From contig OZ281497.1 in assembly GCA_965637545.1 (NCBI GenBank), positions 30,566,001 through 30,630,000 on the forward strand: a stretch of 64,000 nt of DNA, written 5' to 3'. The stretch is from Phallusia mammillata (Eukaryota). The notes beneath the pieces were generated by a model. It had not been told where the DNA came from. It did not search any database and saw only the letters and a list, made by a program, of their open reading frames with translations. Shown here piece after piece: positions 63,191 to 64,000 of the stretch (the stretch's first letter is position 1; the number at the start of each line of letters is the position of its first letter). Made by a program: the position numbers and the translations under genes.

Positions 63191-64000
63191 TTTCTCCTTA
63201 CTAGAGAGCAAGTGGGTAAACTAGGTATTAAAACCACAAAGTAATGAAATGAGCATTTGCCGAAACGTTTAAACAATAAAGCATGTTGCTTTTGACATCT
63301 GTTTGGGCCGTTATTTTCATCGCTAAACTTATGAACAGATCCGTAAGTAGTGTTTCAAAGAAATATGTGTTATGAGTATTGACAGGTTGGCTGTAAACTT
63401 TGTGTTTTGGTCTTTTTAGCAGGTGAATTTAAAACGGGGACAAGTATTCTCTTCAGTTTGTCGCCAATTAAACGTTGCATAGTTTTTACTTAATGTTACT
63501 TTTTTGACTTTAACGTGATGGAGTTTTTGTTGTTAAAATTAAATTAAGCCGTTCGCAATTAACACTAGAGTTTGTGGATGTGAAGAAATATAAATCACTT
63601 CCTTTTGATTTATTTTTTCAGTGTTAAATTGTCTGTGTTGGTGAAAATAAAAGCATTAAATTATGTAACTATTATCTAATATTTTCAAAACAGTCACCGT
63701 TAAAAACATCTCAATTGGAGGAAGTTACGTAACTTTCTTTGTGATGCAAACAATGCCTGTTTAACTTCTATTCTTAAACAGAACGTAAACAATGCACTTC
63801 ATTCTGCTTACAGTAGATTGTGATGTAACAGTTATAGCAGAGTTACTTGACAAGGCAGGACGTCTACATTTTCAACTGTATATTTTTGATTTTAGGACCC
63901 AGTGTTTCAGATTAGACAAGAACTTGCATTGCAGAGATTAGATTAAATTTGCAAAGAATTTTTGATGTTTATAAAAATAGTTTTGATGCCCCTACTGACA

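Overview
AT-rich eukaryotic DNA from an intron-rich animal genome. A tunicate or similar marine invertebrate is my inference from the ~55-nt intron and the repeat content, and is unconfirmed. The window is dominated by one minus-strand NLR-type innate immune receptor gene spanning at least 42 kb. It has low-complexity N-terminal exons, a 2028-nt NACHT exon (40179-42206), eight near-identical phase-0 LRR exons of 162/165 nt scattered over 31 kb, and a terminal LRR exon (342-506) followed by AATAAA. The ORF track misses almost all of the LRR exons. Each LRR exon sits in its own tandem segmental duplicon full of decaying transposons, yet all eight keep an open frame and AG/GT ends, and their variation concentrates at predicted concave-face residues. 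This looks like an expandable LRR cassette array that could diversify recognition by exon duplication/loss and possibly combinatorial splicing; splicing behaviour is not observable from DNA. Upstream are a RHIM-like motif, a frameshifted repeat exon, a 45/46-bp minisatellite with an inversion, and a second duplicated array of same-strand 97-nt exon-like cassettes. The rest is Gypsy/LTR, hAT-MITE and tRNA-SINE-like remnants.
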